From assembly GCA_963664195.1 (NCBI GenBank), contig OY760907.1, positions 1,664,001-1,728,000 of the forward strand: a DNA stretch of 64,000 nt, given 5' to 3'. This stretch comes from an uncultured candidate division Zixibacteria bacterium. Its GTDB lineage: Bacteria; Zixibacteria; MSB-5A5; GN15; FEB-12. Position 1 is the first letter of the stretch; every line of letters begins with the position of its first letter. Made by a program: the position numbers and the translations under genes. Positions 1 through 10,750 of this stretch are shown here, one piece after another. Under the pieces are notes generated by a model. The model did not search any database, had not been told where the DNA came from, and saw nothing but the letters and a program-made list of their open reading frames with translations.

Positions 1-351
1 GACCTGTATTACATCCCTCACGGTTACTTGATGTCATATTTCAACATGATTAACTGCACCAAGAAGTTGGTGACTATGGATGCTTGTGTGATCGGCGGAT
101 TCCACGGCGATGTCGAGAGTGGCACGTACATGGCCACGGCCTCAAACCGCAAGAACTCGTACGACGCTCCTGACCTCCAACAGGGTGCCTGGACCTACTA
201 CTGGCTCAACGGAGTTGAGAATCAGGGTCTGGTGTTTGCCGAGGAAGCAGCTCCTTATGCCGAGAGCGGCATGAAGGCCTGGGCCAGTGCTTACGGTGTC
301 CGAGTCGATCCGAAACACAGCGACGACTACTCGGGAGACATGGATATGTAG
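1..351 (+). CDS. C-terminal part of a caspase-like (C14/C13 clan) peptidase-domain protein; 5' end outside window
   Basis: Frame open from base 1; MDAC catalytic-Cys-like motif followed by ATAS..SYD....GAWTYY; ends TAG before a terminator. Confidence 0.55.
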   Translation, partial: DLYYIPHGYLMSYFNMINCTKKLVTMDACVIGGFHGDVESGTYMATASNRKNSYDAPDLQQGAWTYYWLNGVENQGLVFAEEAAPYAESGMKAWASAYGVRVDPKHSDDYSGDMDM

Positions 352-381
352 CTCGGCTGACTTTGGTCCGCCAGAATCGTC

Positions 382-408
382 AAGGCCCGCTCAGATGAGC
401 GGGCCTTT
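382..408 (+). terminator. Intrinsic terminator hairpin
   Basis: AAGGCCCGCTCA-GA-TGAGCGGGCCTT perfect stem with short T tail. Confidence 0.75.
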
Positions 409-780
409 CCATTATCGCGCGACAGGCTCTCTCTGTCAAACAGGATGTCCCCTTTTCCATATTTCTGTTGAACAAGTCACTTGCTTTGCCCGTCCAATCT
501 ACCGAACGATGGCCGATGGCAAATCGGCAAATGGCCCTGCGATCTCGCCCGGCTTCACACCATCGCCCGGGTATGGTCAACCGGTTCGCACGACACGAAC
601 TGTCGGGTGACCTACTTGGAGACAGATAAAGGAAAGAGAAAGAATGACTTAGTGCCTCTTGCGCGACACCTCTCTCATTCCTACTGACAAATAGACGGTT
701 TTCATTTTGACGAGGGGAGAAGGTTCCAGTCTTCAGAACCTGATTCCCTGTGTTCTCAACGATTGTAATGGAGGAATGCA

Positions 781-3345
781 GTGCGTTATCGACTCGCCTT
801 GACAGCTTTGCTTTTCATCTTTGTGGTTGGCGCCGTGTCTGCGGCAGAACCCGTTCTCGTGGACACCAACGGCTATCACCCGATCTGGTCGCCCGACGGC
901 AATCGGATTGCGTTCACTTCCGGTCGGGGCGGTGAAATCGGTGTCTGGATTCACTATCTGGACAGCAATGTCACGCATCAATTGTTGACCGGCAAGTCCG
1001 GGGATCACCACATCTCCTGGTCGCCTGACGGCACTCGAATTGCCTTCGATGCCTACGGCCCGTCAGGCCCGCCGGATATCTGGTACATGTCGGCATCGGG
1101 AGGAACACCGACGCGAGTGACGACCGAACCGTGGGGGGATGCACAACCACGGTGGTCACCGCTCGGTGATACGCTGCTCTACAATTCGGGGGGGCAGTTC
1201 TTCACGATTGCCCTCGACGGTACCGCGAGGCAACAAGTGACGTTTGAGTCTGACGAGGTGGGTTGGGGTGCCTGGTCCAGGGACGGACAGAGAATCGCCT
1301 ATTGCGGAGTCGTGGATGGAAATTGGGAGCTATTTCTGAAGCCCCGCAACGGGGGGACGGCTACCCGCCTCACTAACAACACCTACCGGGACAAAGAACC
1401 TACCTGGCACCCTGACGGGGAATACATCCTGTTCAACTCCGACCGTGCCGGTACGGAGGACATCTGGTTGATGCCTGACACCGGAGGGACTGCTATTCAG
1501 TTGACCGACTACCCCGGCAGAGAGAGTTTCCCTGATTGGTCCCCCGATGGCCGGAGTATCGTTTTTACCGCCGAAATAGGGGGCGTGAGCGGTATCTGGA
1601 GGCTGGACCTTGACGAGTTCAGTGCCGTACCCGATGTGGCGCCCTCGATGGATTCCGGGGGCTCATGGACCGCATGCTGGACCGATATCGACAGCGACGG
1701 GTTCGATGATATCTTTGTCAGCAATCTGTACTCTGATGATTTTCTCTATCGCAATCTCGGCGACGGGACTTTTGCACGGGTTACCGGCACGTCGGTGAAC
1801 GAATCCGATACGATGGCATTCATATCCGGAGCGGCGGCCTGGGCCGACTACGACAACGATGGCGACGAAGACCTGTATGCCACGACGTTCAAAGAAGGTG
1901 CACCTCCAGGTAATCGACTGTTCACTAACGAAGGGGATTGGACGTTCACCAGAGTGGCAGCAGGGCCAGTGGTGGCCGATCCCGGTATGGCGGTATCGTG
2001 TTGCTGGGCGGATATCGATGCCGACGGCAGATTGGACCTCTTTGCAGCCGCGCATATGACTGAGAACTTTTTGTATCGCCAGACCGATACGGGTTTTGTC
2101 AGGGTGACGACGGGGGCCATCGCAACGGACATTTCGCATTCCAATCACGCAGCCTTCTGTGATTTCGACAACGACGGCGATCAGGACCTGTTTGTGGCGA
2201 ACGCCTGGAAGAACAAGCAGGACGCCCTGTACAAAAATAACGGCGACGGCAGCTTTGAAAAAGTGTCCTCGGACGCTGTGGTTGATCCAGTATACGACAG
2301 CTACGGCGGCAATTGGGCCGACTACGACAACGATGGAGACATGGATCTGTTTGTGACTGCCTCACCGTCGTGCAAACTCTACCAGAATCAGGGGGACGGC
2401 TCTTTTTCCGAGATCACTGATCAGCCGATGACGTCCACAGAAAGCTACGCGGCGACCAGTGTCTGGGGTGATTTTGACAACGACGGCGATCTGGATATGG
2501 TGCTGGGGAGGGGCACTTACTTCGATTTGGCGGCCAACAGCTACTACGAAAATCAGGGCGACGGAAGCTTCGTTGCGGCCGCAGCCGGAGCGTTCACTGC
2601 CGATTTGAACGCTCCTGAAGGTCTTGCAACGGCGGATTACGACCACGACGGTGACCTTGACCTGTTTCTTGCCAACTGCTACAACACTAATTCCCGTAAC
2701 ATGCTCTATCGGAACAACCACATCGGCAACAACTGGCTGCAGATCAGGCTTGTTGGCCGGACGTCCAACAGGTCGGCAATCGGAGCACGAGTGAGAGTTA
2801 GAGCCGTCATCGACGGGAGAACAGTCTGGCAAACGAGAGACATAAGTTCACCCAATGACAAGAACAGCGGCAACAGCCTGCGCATGCATTTTGGTCTGGG
2901 GGATGCGTCGACGGTTGACTCGTTGGTTGTTGTCTGGCCCAACGGATGGCAGGAAACTCTAGAAAACGTGGCTGCGAATCAGTTCTTGCAGGTCATTGAA
3001 GGTGACAATTCGGATACGGACGGTGACGGGCACCTGGGGGCCAACGACAACTGCCCGTCGGTCTACAATCCCTTGCAGGAAGATGCGAATAGCGACGGCG
3101 TGGGGGATGCCTGCTGTTGTGCGGGACCGTCGATGGGTAACATCGACGGCTCCGCCGACGAGTTGGTTACGATGGGCGATTTGACTACGCTAATCGATCA
3201 TCTGTTCATAACGCTGGTACCGCTTGGCTGTCTGAATGAAGGGAATGTAGATTTGAGTTCCGACGGTCTGGTGACGATGGGGGATCTCACCACGTTAATT
3301 GATCACCTGTTTATCAGTCTTGTCCCGTTGCCCCCGTGTGTGTAA
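781..3345 (+). CDS. Secreted multidomain protein: TolB-like PD40 propeller, FG-GAP/CRTAC1 repeats, ASPIC/UnbV, TSP3 repeat, dockerin-like tail
   Basis: Signal peptide; repeated WSPDG motifs; DYDNDGDxDL repeats; NRSAIGARV and HFGLG motifs; DNCPSVYNPLQED; twice D..D.LVTMGDLTTLIDHLFI; RBS GGAGG. Confidence 0.9.
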   Translation: MRYRLALTALLFIFVVGAVSAAEPVLVDTNGYHPIWSPDGNRIAFTSGRGGEIGVWIHYLDSNVTHQLLTGKSGDHHISWSPDGTRIAFDAYGPSGPPDIWYMSASGGTPTRVTTEPWGDAQPRWSPLGDTLLYNSGGQFFTIALDGTARQQVTFESDEVGWGAWSRDGQRIAYCGVVDGNWELFLKPRNGGTATRLTNNTYRDKEPTWHPDGEYILFNSDRAGTEDIWLMPDTGGTAIQLTDYPGRESFPDWSPDGRSIVFTAEIGGVSGIWRLDLDEFSAVPDVAPSMDSGGSWTACWTDIDSDGFDDIFVSNLYSDDFLYRNLGDGTFARVTGTSVNESDTMAFISGAAAWADYDNDGDEDLYATTFKEGAPPGNRLFTNEGDWTFTRVAAGPVVADPGMAVSCCWADIDADGRLDLFAAAHMTENFLYRQTDTGFVRVTTGAIATDISHSNHAAFCDFDNDGDQDLFVANAWKNKQDALYKNNGDGSFEKVSSDAVVDPVYDSYGGNWADYDNDGDMDLFVTASPSCKLYQNQGDGSFSEITDQPMTSTESYAATSVWGDFDNDGDLDMVLGRGTYFDLAANSYYENQGDGSFVAAAAGAFTADLNAPEGLATADYDHDGDLDLFLANCYNTNSRNMLYRNNHIGNNWLQIRLVGRTSNRSAIGARVRVRAVIDGRTVWQTRDISSPNDKNSGNSLRMHFGLGDASTVDSLVVVWPNGWQETLENVAANQFLQVIEGDNSDTDGDGHLGANDNCPSVYNPLQEDANSDGVGDACCCAGPSMGNIDGSADELVTMGDLTTLIDHLFITLVPLGCLNEGNVDLSSDGLVTMGDLTTLIDHLFISLVPLPPCV

Positions 3346-3402
3346 GTGTAGCAAGGATAGCATAGAGTCTCGAACGATCCCGTTTTCAGGAAGGAGCCAC
3401 TA

Positions 3403-4032
3403 TTGAGTTCAAGGGAAACTCCCTCCAATCGCGCTTGCGAGATTGTGAGATGTGGATACGATCAGCTTGCCACGGCCTATGCCAGGGAGGGAGAACGGCT
3501 CGACAACTAGCGCGAAATCAAGGCGTTCACATCGGAGCTTCTCGAACACGCAAGAGTACTCGACGCCGGGTCCGAGACCGGTCTGCCGGCAGCCGAACAT
3601 CTTGTCACCGCCGGTTGTGAGGTCGTCGGACTTGATTTTTCGGAAGCAATGCTATCCGTTGCCCGAGAGAACGTACCGGGGGCAGAATTCCTTCGGATGA
3701 ACATAGTAGATATCGATCTGCCTTCGGTGTCATTTGACGGTGTGATTTCCTGCTATGCGATCATTCATGTTCCGAGGGAGAAGCACGCCGGTATTCTTAA
3801 GTCGTTCCACAGGCTTATCAGACCGCGGGGTGTGATGCTCGTCTCGGTGGCCGCCTGGGCTTGCGAGGAGATAGCAGACTATCTTGGGCGGGAGATGTTC
3901 TGGAGTCATTTCGATCCCGCACAGACGGAGTCCCTGATAGTAGACGCCGGGTTTGAGATCGAATTTAGTCGTAATGTTGTAGGCGGTGGCGATGAGCACC
4001 GCTGGGTTCTTGCCCGGAAACGCTTGATATAG
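3403..4032 (+). pseudogene. Class I SAM-dependent methyltransferase with in-frame amber stop
   Basis: AAGGAG + TTG at 3403 in frame with ORF 3649-4032; TAG at 3508-3510; SAM motif degraded to VLDAGSETG; GLDFSEAML and YAIIHVP retained. Confidence 0.75.
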
Positions 4033-4169
4033 CCTGCCGTTACTTCACCTCATTCGCCCCGAGCCGAAGTCTCATCGGGAGCGCAAGATTTCATTTGAAT
4101 CAACCGTCATGAGATTGTATGTTATGCTGTATCACAGCCCATTCGGCTATTCGTAGAGGGATATCAAAT

Positions 4170-5306
4170 ATGGGGAGCAGGAAGATGGAGACGCACTTTG
4201 CGTCTGCGGAACGATCCGTCGATCAAACATTGGAAGCAGAGATAATTCAGGCCAGTACCAATGCGCTGATAAGTTCCCTGATGAATATAGTGAGCGGTCT
4301 CCTGCTTGTGCTCAACAAGCGTCGGCAGATCGTGGCCATCAATGAGACTTTTCTGCAGATGCTGGGAATCGATGATCCCGAAAAGGTTCTTGGCGTACGT
4401 CCGGGAGAGGCTATTGAGTGTATCCACGCCAACCTGGAGCCGGGAGGCTGCGGAACCTCTGAGTACTGCTCCTCATGCGGGGCGGCGATCGCCATCGTCT
4501 CCTGTTTGAGCACGAATGAGCCGGCTGAACGCAAATGCGCGGTTACGGTGGAACTGAGTGATAGGAAGAGGGACCTCTATTTCAATGTGCGTGCAGTCCC
4601 GGTCACTCTGACCGACGAGCGTTTCGTTCTACTATTCATGCACGACATATCCAATGAACAGCGGTGGGCATTACTGGAGCGTGTATTCTTTCACGACATC
4701 AGCAACGTGTTGCAGGGGTTGGTCGGTAAGAGCGAGTTGCTGGCGATGAAAGAGGAGGAGAGTGGACTTGCGAATGAAATCCTGGACCTGTCAACGCGCC
4801 TGGCCAAGGAAATCGGGATTCAGCGAAGTCTTTTTTACTCGGGAATCAGCACCTATTCGCCCGTTCTCCAGTCTCTCCCCGTGTCGCAGATACTGAGTGA
4901 GATCAAGCTCCAGTTTTCCGGGGATGCAGCAGCGGCAAAGAGGACACTGGTCTTTTCCGAACCGGTACAGGAAATGACTGTGAAGACGGATATTTCCCTG
5001 GTGACCAGGGTGCTTGGCAATATGCTCAGGAATGCGATTGAAGCATCCGATGAGGGGGATGAAGTGAGGCTGAGTGCCGAGCGTGAAGACGGTGTGCTCG
5101 CTTTCTGTGTTTGGAACAGACAACCGATCCCTCCGGAAGTATCCAAGAGGATTTTCCAGCGCAATTTCTCGACCAAGGAGGGGACAGGCAGGGGCCTGGG
5201 TACGTATTCCATGAAACTGTTTGGTGAGGACATTCTTGGTGGCACAGTCGATTTCTGGTCCTCGGAAGCGAGCGGGACTGTCTTTCGCCTGCGATTAAAG
5301 GTCTGA
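4170..5306 (+). CDS. Sensor histidine kinase with Cys-rich PAS-like domain
   Basis: FFHDISN H-box, NMLRNAIEA N-box, FSTKEGTGRGLG; CIH..GGCGTSEYCSSC cluster. Confidence 0.9.
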   Translation: MGSRKMETHFASAERSVDQTLEAEIIQASTNALISSLMNIVSGLLLVLNKRRQIVAINETFLQMLGIDDPEKVLGVRPGEAIECIHANLEPGGCGTSEYCSSCGAAIAIVSCLSTNEPAERKCAVTVELSDRKRDLYFNVRAVPVTLTDERFVLLFMHDISNEQRWALLERVFFHDISNVLQGLVGKSELLAMKEEESGLANEILDLSTRLAKEIGIQRSLFYSGISTYSPVLQSLPVSQILSEIKLQFSGDAAAAKRTLVFSEPVQEMTVKTDISLVTRVLGNMLRNAIEASDEGDEVRLSAEREDGVLAFCVWNRQPIPPEVSKRIFQRNFSTKEGTGRGLGTYSMKLFGEDILGGTVDFWSSEASGTVFRLRLKV

Positions 5307-5494
5307 TCCCTGGTGATTGCGCACAATCTTTCACCTGGTCTGATATTCGTGTCTTAGATGCGGTAAGTTCCACTTCTCTCTACAAACAACGAAACCATGA
5401 TAGGGTCGGTGCCGTAGTGACCGCTATGCTGTATGCGTCAACCCAATCTTTCCGAGTTGCCTTGGAACAAATGTACTACTGAGGATCAGTTACT

Positions 5495-6064
5495 GTGGAT
5501 ACAACAAAGAATCTTGAGCGAGTCAGATTTCTCGAAGGGAATCGGATATTTCTCACTTCTGAGTGTGCTGACGACTTTGACGTTTTCTCTCGCTGGGAGC
5601 ACGACAAGGAAATGCAGGCTTTGGGCGGTGTGACCCATACGGCGAAAAGCCCCGAGCGATTGCGTAAGGAGTTCGATGAGCGGCGGCAGGAGGACGACGT
5701 GATTCTGCTCACGATCATCATGTCCGACACCGGCGCTCAGGCAGGTCTTATCAATCTTTTCAGTATCAACCGGGCAACCGGAGTGGCGGAATGGGGACTG
5801 GTGCTGGACAAGGCATATCGCCGACAGGGAATTGGTTTGGAGGCGTCCCGGCTGCTGATTGGATACGCTTTCGATACCCTCGGTTTGCGCCGACTTACTT
5901 CGGAGACTCACTCGGGCAACGAGGGATCGCAGGCGCTTCAGATGCGTCTCGGTTGCGTTCACGAAGGGACGTTGCGCCAGGGGGGCTGCATCAACGGAAA
6001 GATAGTCGACCGTCTGTTTTACGGGCTACTCCACGAAGAGTACAAACTTGCAGCGGGACAATAG
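5495..6064 (+). CDS. RimJ/RimL-type GNAT N-acetyltransferase (paralog 1)
   Basis: YRRQGIG acetyl-CoA motif; N..S..L..RLG..EG.LR. Confidence 0.9.
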   Translation: MDTTKNLERVRFLEGNRIFLTSECADDFDVFSRWEHDKEMQALGGVTHTAKSPERLRKEFDERRQEDDVILLTIIMSDTGAQAGLINLFSINRATGVAEWGLVLDKAYRRQGIGLEASRLLIGYAFDTLGLRRLTSETHSGNEGSQALQMRLGCVHEGTLRQGGCINGKIVDRLFYGLLHEEYKLAAGQ

Positions 6065-6077
6065 AGGATCAACCACA

Positions 6078-6650
6078 ATGGATATGACAAGGAACCTTGA
6101 GCGAGTCCGGTTTCTCCAGGGCGACCGGCTGTTTCTTACTCCTGAATGCATCGACGACTATGACAACTACTATCGCTGGCAGAACGATAGAGAGATTCAG
6201 GCGGGTGACGGCAGCACTTATCGTCCCCTGGGACCGGAGAAAGCTCGGAAGAACTTTGAAGCTCAACTCGAAGACAAAGGCTTCATTCGTCTGAGCATCA
6301 TCATGTCCAACACGGGTGCGCATGCCGGACGGATTTGCATTTACGATATCGATCCGCAAGTTCGGGTTGCGCAGTGGGGATTGTTGCTGGACAAAGCGTT
6401 CTGGCGTCAGGGAATCGGCACCGAAGCTGCCCGGTTGCTTCTGGCGTACGCCTTCGGCGATCTCGGCATGCGCAAAATGCACTCGGTTACGAACAGCGGC
6501 AACGTGGCGTCGGTGAAGTTTCAGGAAAGCCTTGGTCTGGTGCAGGAAGCGTGTCTTCGGCAACAGGAGATCATCAACAACCAGAAGGTCGATCAGTTGC
6601 ATTTCGGTATGCTGCGAGCGGAGTACGAGGAGCAGATCGGTAGGGGGTGA
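6078..6650 (+). CDS. RimJ/RimL-type GNAT N-acetyltransferase (paralog 2)
   Basis: FWRQGIG motif; colinear with paralog 1; GAGGA RBS. Confidence 0.9.
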   Translation: MDMTRNLERVRFLQGDRLFLTPECIDDYDNYYRWQNDREIQAGDGSTYRPLGPEKARKNFEAQLEDKGFIRLSIIMSNTGAHAGRICIYDIDPQVRVAQWGLLLDKAFWRQGIGTEAARLLLAYAFGDLGMRKMHSVTNSGNVASVKFQESLGLVQEACLRQQEIINNQKVDQLHFGMLRAEYEEQIGRG

Positions 6651-6696
6651 GTTGATAGCCAAGCCTGTGATCGGCAAATCCCAAGCGCGTGCCTCT

Positions 6697-7203
6697 CTAA
6701 ATCCTATCGAGCGGGAACCTGGTGGCCAACTCCTTAGAATGGCTCTTGCGCTCCATCCGTCTCTGGAATCTCTCCGGGGCTGAATCGTGAAGCGCCTTCT
6801 CAAACTCTGATTCCGGGACAACTGGCGGTACTTCCTGTGTGTGGCCCTCCTCATCAATAGCGACAAAGGTCAGGAACGATGACGCGCAGACCCGGCGTGT
6901 GCCGGTTTTGAGATCTTCGCTGACAACGCTGACGTAGACCTCCATCGACGTTCTGTGCGACCAGGTTACAAACGATTCCATGCAGATCATCTGACCAACA
7001 TTGATAGGATACAGGAAATCGACCGAATCGGTCGAGGCTGTGACCACTTGCATGCGCGCATGCCGAAAGGCGGAAATCGACGCAATATCGTCGATATGGC
7101 TCATTACCTGACCGCCAAACATGGTACCAAGGGCATTGGAGTCAGGAGGAAGCACCAGCATTGCCTTGACCGTTCTCGATTCAGACATCTTCTTAGCTTC
7201 CAT
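6697..7203 (-). CDS. Hotdog-fold acyl-CoA thioesterase (YciA/YkhA type)
   Basis: P.D.N..GTMFGG..MSHID, VVTAS, RTSMEV, FVAID. Confidence 0.9.
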   Translation of the reverse strand: MEAKKMSESRTVKAMLVLPPDSNALGTMFGGQVMSHIDDIASISAFRHARMQVVTASTDSVDFLYPINVGQMICMESFVTWSHRTSMEVYVSVVSEDLKTGTRRVCASSFLTFVAIDEEGHTQEVPPVVPESEFEKALHDSAPERFQRRMERKSHSKELATRFPLDRI

Positions 7204-7297
7204 ACTACCGCGTCTCCTGTTTTCGGAACAGTCTATTTTGTCTCGAAACCATACGATTACCGTGCGAGTAATTCAAGCCCCGAATCGGTGTTCTATC

Positions 7298-9544
7298 CTA
7301 GTCCTCTGATCCGCCCTCTTTTTTTGTCTGAGTCTTTGCGTGTTGCTCTGAGTTGCTGTCCTCGGCAATACCTTTCTTGACATCGGAAGATACCGCCAGA
7401 CCGCGGAAACGTCGGACCCGGAGAGGGCAGTTGTGGCTCTCGACATTGATGTGGGCCTTCTCCCATATCCCGTCAATGGCGCGACTGATATTTCGGTAGA
7501 AATTGTTCTCGCCGATTTTCGCGGCCAGTCCGGTTCTGGTAAGCAAGTCCAAGACGTCGTCGTTACAGCCGCTGAGAGAAAACTCAATCCCCTGCCCGCG
7601 CAGGCGATCAATCAGCAGTGAGAGCGCGTCCACGCCGGAAGCATCGATTTCATTGATACCGTTTCCCACGATCAGGATGTGACGCAGCTTGGGGAGGCTG
7701 CGCACACAGCCAAGAACTTGATTTTCAAGGTAGTCGACATTTGAGAATATCACCGAGCCTGCGTATCTGATGACCGCGAAATACGGGCATTGTTCGAGAT
7801 CGAACAACTCGCGGTTTCTGTACGTGTTGTCCACATGCAGGGACAGCATGGCCATCGCCGGTTTCATGTTACGGATCAAGTACAGTAAAAGAGAGAGTAT
7901 GACGCCTATCAATATCCCCCAGTGAAGATGGGGAGCGAAAACCAGCGTACATACGAACGTGACAATACCGATGACACCGTCGTACCAATGTGCCCGCCAG
8001 GCATGCACGAATGATTTCACGTTGAGCAATCCGGCGACCGCCATCATGATGATTGCCGCCAGCACCGCCTGGGGCAAATGATATAACAGCGGTGTGAGAA
8101 AGAGCAGTACCACAACCACGACCGCACTGCTCACGACATTGGACAGCCCGGTTACGGCACCGGCCTGAATGTTCACCGCCGATCGTGAGAACGAGCCTGA
8201 TACGGCGTAGCTCTGAAAGAAAGACCCGACTATGTTGGACAGTCCCTGACCGACCAGCTCTTGATTAGCGTCAAGTTTCTGTCCGGTTCGAGCTGCCATC
8301 GCTTTGGCAATTGATATTGCTTCCATGAATCCGAGCAACGAGATGATTATCGCCATCGGAAGCAGTGACAGGGCGGTGGAGAGATCAAACCTGGCCGGAC
8401 TGAACCGGGGCAGCCCCTCCGGAATAGTACCTACCACGGCGCCGCCGCTGGACAATGCCAGAGACAACGTGTCCAGGCTCCGGCTCGACACCTTGATATG
8501 CCAGCTCGGTCCGTCAACCTGTGTTTCCGCCGGCAAGTCCTCTTTGAGGTAGTAGTGCGTCTGCCCGGTCGCGCTTTCGACGCCTGTGAGTTGGAGTCTT
8601 CGCAGCCAGAGGCGATGGTTGTGAGTTTGATCCTTGAGCAGGGCCATATCCGCATTGAGGTAGGCGACCTTCTGGTCGATGTCCAGCAATTCGTATTCGT
8701 CCGGGTCTTCCAGGCGCGCCAGGCTGTCTCGCTCTGCCAGCAGTGCGACGCGCTGTGCCGACGTGGACTCCATGGAAGCGATATCGGCGTCGAATTGCAG
8801 GATCACATTTCGTATTTCTCCGGATTCGATTTGATCGACAGACACGCGTGTCTGGTTTTCAAAGCCCATGGCCCATGAAATGGCCGTCGTGACGAGCACC
8901 GCTATCAGGACGTTTGGTAACCGGGGCGCGGTGCGTCTGAGAGCGATCATGATGAGAAACGCGAGAACAGCAAGGGCCAGCGTCGGCCAGTGCGTGCAGA
9001 TGAACGTTTCCTGCAGTACGCGCCAGATGGTCTCGTAATGATGTTCCGCCTGGTCTACGGTGACACCAAAGAGCTTGGACAACTGTGACGAAGCAATAAT
9101 CAGCGCGGCCGCGCTCGTGAAGCCGTTTACAACGGGGTGAGACAGGAAATTGACGATCAACCCGAGGCGCAGTAATCCCAGGGCGAGTTGAAAGACACCA
9201 ACCAGCAGTGCCAACAGGATGGCATACGCGATAAACGATTCGCCGCCGGCCGTCGCAAGAGGTTCCAGAGCGGTGGCAGTCATCAGGGAGACAATGGCCA
9301 CAGGTCCGGTGGCAAGTTGTCTGGATGAACCGAACAGCGCCGCGATTATGGGTGGCAGGAAGGCTGCGTACAGACCGTAGTACGAAGGCAGACCGGCCAA
9401 CTGTGCATACGCCATGGACTGCGGGATCAAAACCAGGGCCACGGTGACTCCACCTATCAGGTCGAGTCGGAAGCTTCCTATTGAGTAACCGTGGAACCAT
9501 TCCAAGAAAGGAATCAATTTGTGGATTGACTTAGATATCTTCAT
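7298..9544 (-). CDS. sulP: SulP/SLC26 anion permease with STAS domain and large soluble insertion
   Basis: PQSMAYAQLAGLP.YYGLY, GSSRQLATGP, NQELVGQG, GSFSRSA, STAS IDASG. Confidence 0.93.
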   Translation of the reverse strand: MKISKSIHKLIPFLEWFHGYSIGSFRLDLIGGVTVALVLIPQSMAYAQLAGLPSYYGLYAAFLPPIIAALFGSSRQLATGPVAIVSLMTATALEPLATAGGESFIAYAILLALLVGVFQLALGLLRLGLIVNFLSHPVVNGFTSAAALIIASSQLSKLFGVTVDQAEHHYETIWRVLQETFICTHWPTLALAVLAFLIMIALRRTAPRLPNVLIAVLVTTAISWAMGFENQTRVSVDQIESGEIRNVILQFDADIASMESTSAQRVALLAERDSLARLEDPDEYELLDIDQKVAYLNADMALLKDQTHNHRLWLRRLQLTGVESATGQTHYYLKEDLPAETQVDGPSWHIKVSSRSLDTLSLALSSGGAVVGTIPEGLPRFSPARFDLSTALSLLPMAIIISLLGFMEAISIAKAMAARTGQKLDANQELVGQGLSNIVGSFFQSYAVSGSFSRSAVNIQAGAVTGLSNVVSSAVVVVVLLFLTPLLYHLPQAVLAAIIMMAVAGLLNVKSFVHAWRAHWYDGVIGIVTFVCTLVFAPHLHWGILIGVILSLLLYLIRNMKPAMAMLSLHVDNTYRNRELFDLEQCPYFAVIRYAGSVIFSNVDYLENQVLGCVRSLPKLRHILIVGNGINEIDASGVDALSLLIDRLRGQGIEFSLSGCNDDVLDLLTRTGLAAKIGENNFYRNISRAIDGIWEKAHINVESHNCPLRVRRFRGLAVSSDVKKGIAEDSNSEQHAKTQTKKEGGSED

Positions 9545-9588
9545 TGTCTCCAGCTGCGAATGAAGTGAGTGTGCGATTCAGTTATTGA

Positions 9589-10020
9589 CTACCAGGCTCT
9601 CCGTTTCATGATCTCGTCGATCATGTCGTTCATTCTTGACTCCGACAGGTCTGCGCCGCGCGATTTGGCCTGGCTGACCTTGTCCACCAGCGCATCGAGT
9701 TTTACCGGTTTCTCAAGGAACTCAAACGCGCCTTCCTTCACGGCCGCAATGCCCTTGGTGATTGTCGCCTGACCGGTCAGGATAATCACCTGAATATCCT
9801 TGTTGATGGACAGCATGATTTTCAGCGTTTCCATCCCGTCAAGGCCGGGCATGCCCAGGTCAAGAACAACCGCATCGTACGATTTCGATTTGATGCGGGC
9901 GATTGCGTCGTCACCGTTGAAGACGGCTTCAGCCTCCAATCCGCGAGTCTGCATCCTTTCAGCCAGAGCAGTTGCGAATTCCTGCTCATCATCCACGATC
10001 AATACACGGGCTTTCACCAT
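9589..10020 (-). CDS. Single-domain response regulator
   Basis: IVDDE, LDLGMPG, LTG, FLEKP. Confidence 0.92.
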   Translation of the reverse strand: MVKARVLIVDDEQEFATALAERMQTRGLEAEAVFNGDDAIARIKSKSYDAVVLDLGMPGLDGMETLKIMLSINKDIQVIILTGQATITKGIAAVKEGAFEFLEKPVKLDALVDKVSQAKSRGADLSESRMNDMIDEIMKRRAW

Positions 10021-10092
10021 GGTTCTATCCCTTCCAATCTGAACGTCAGACTATCATCGGTCCATTCCGCGTCGCGCGGAAGTCGGCCGGAG

Positions 10093-10749
10093 TCACAAAT
10101 TACGCGGGAGTCTCAGCGTGATAGCAAAACGGTCCTCGTCTGAAGTTCCAGTCAATCGAGCGCCGAGTTTTTTGGCCAGCAGTGCGGTTTCGTGATCCGT
10201 CAGACCCGGATCGCTGGACACCTCTCGCGGCGACTCCACTGATATTACGGCCCCGTCCGCATCAGGGGCTAGCCGTATCTCTATGGTATCATCCTGTTCT
10301 GCGTTCTGAATAGCCAGCTGGATACACCTGAACACGACCTGCGCCGTGGCCAGCCAATCGGTAGTGATCGCCAGCGGTTCACCCAGCCCGTTTGCCGTCA
10401 GGTGCACCTTCTTCAGACCGGCAAAACGCTGCGAAAGGGCCGTGATGTTCTCGACGAGGGCCGCCAGATCGCCATCGGACACGGCGGCATCACTGAGATG
10501 TGCGAACTTGTTTAGTCGCCTCACCAATTCCGTACCGCGCTGCGTTTGGTTTTCAATCCTGCCAACGACTGACACCAGCCTATCCGTAAGTCCCGCCGCC
10601 TGCACCGGCTCGGTCAGCGCCAGGTCATCAATCAGTCCGATGACTTGTTCGATGGTGCCGAGCACATTGCTCAGTTCGTGCGTCACCGAGGCGGTTATTT
10701 GACCGGTGAATGCAGAGCTTTTTTGGAACAACTCCCTTTCGTCAGCCAT
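10093..10749 (-). CDS. Histidine-kinase-like protein with degenerate ATPase domain
   Basis: ASVTHELSN H-box; G-boxes not recognisable. Confidence 0.7.
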   Translation of the reverse strand: MADERELFQKSSAFTGQITASVTHELSNVLGTIEQVIGLIDDLALTEPVQAAGLTDRLVSVVGRIENQTQRGTELVRRLNKFAHLSDAAVSDGDLAALVENITALSQRFAGLKKVHLTANGLGEPLAITTDWLATAQVVFRCIQLAIQNAEQDDTIEIRLAPDADGAVISVESPREVSSDPGLTDHETALLAKKLGARLTGTSDEDRFAITLRLPRNL

Positions 10750-10750
10750 A

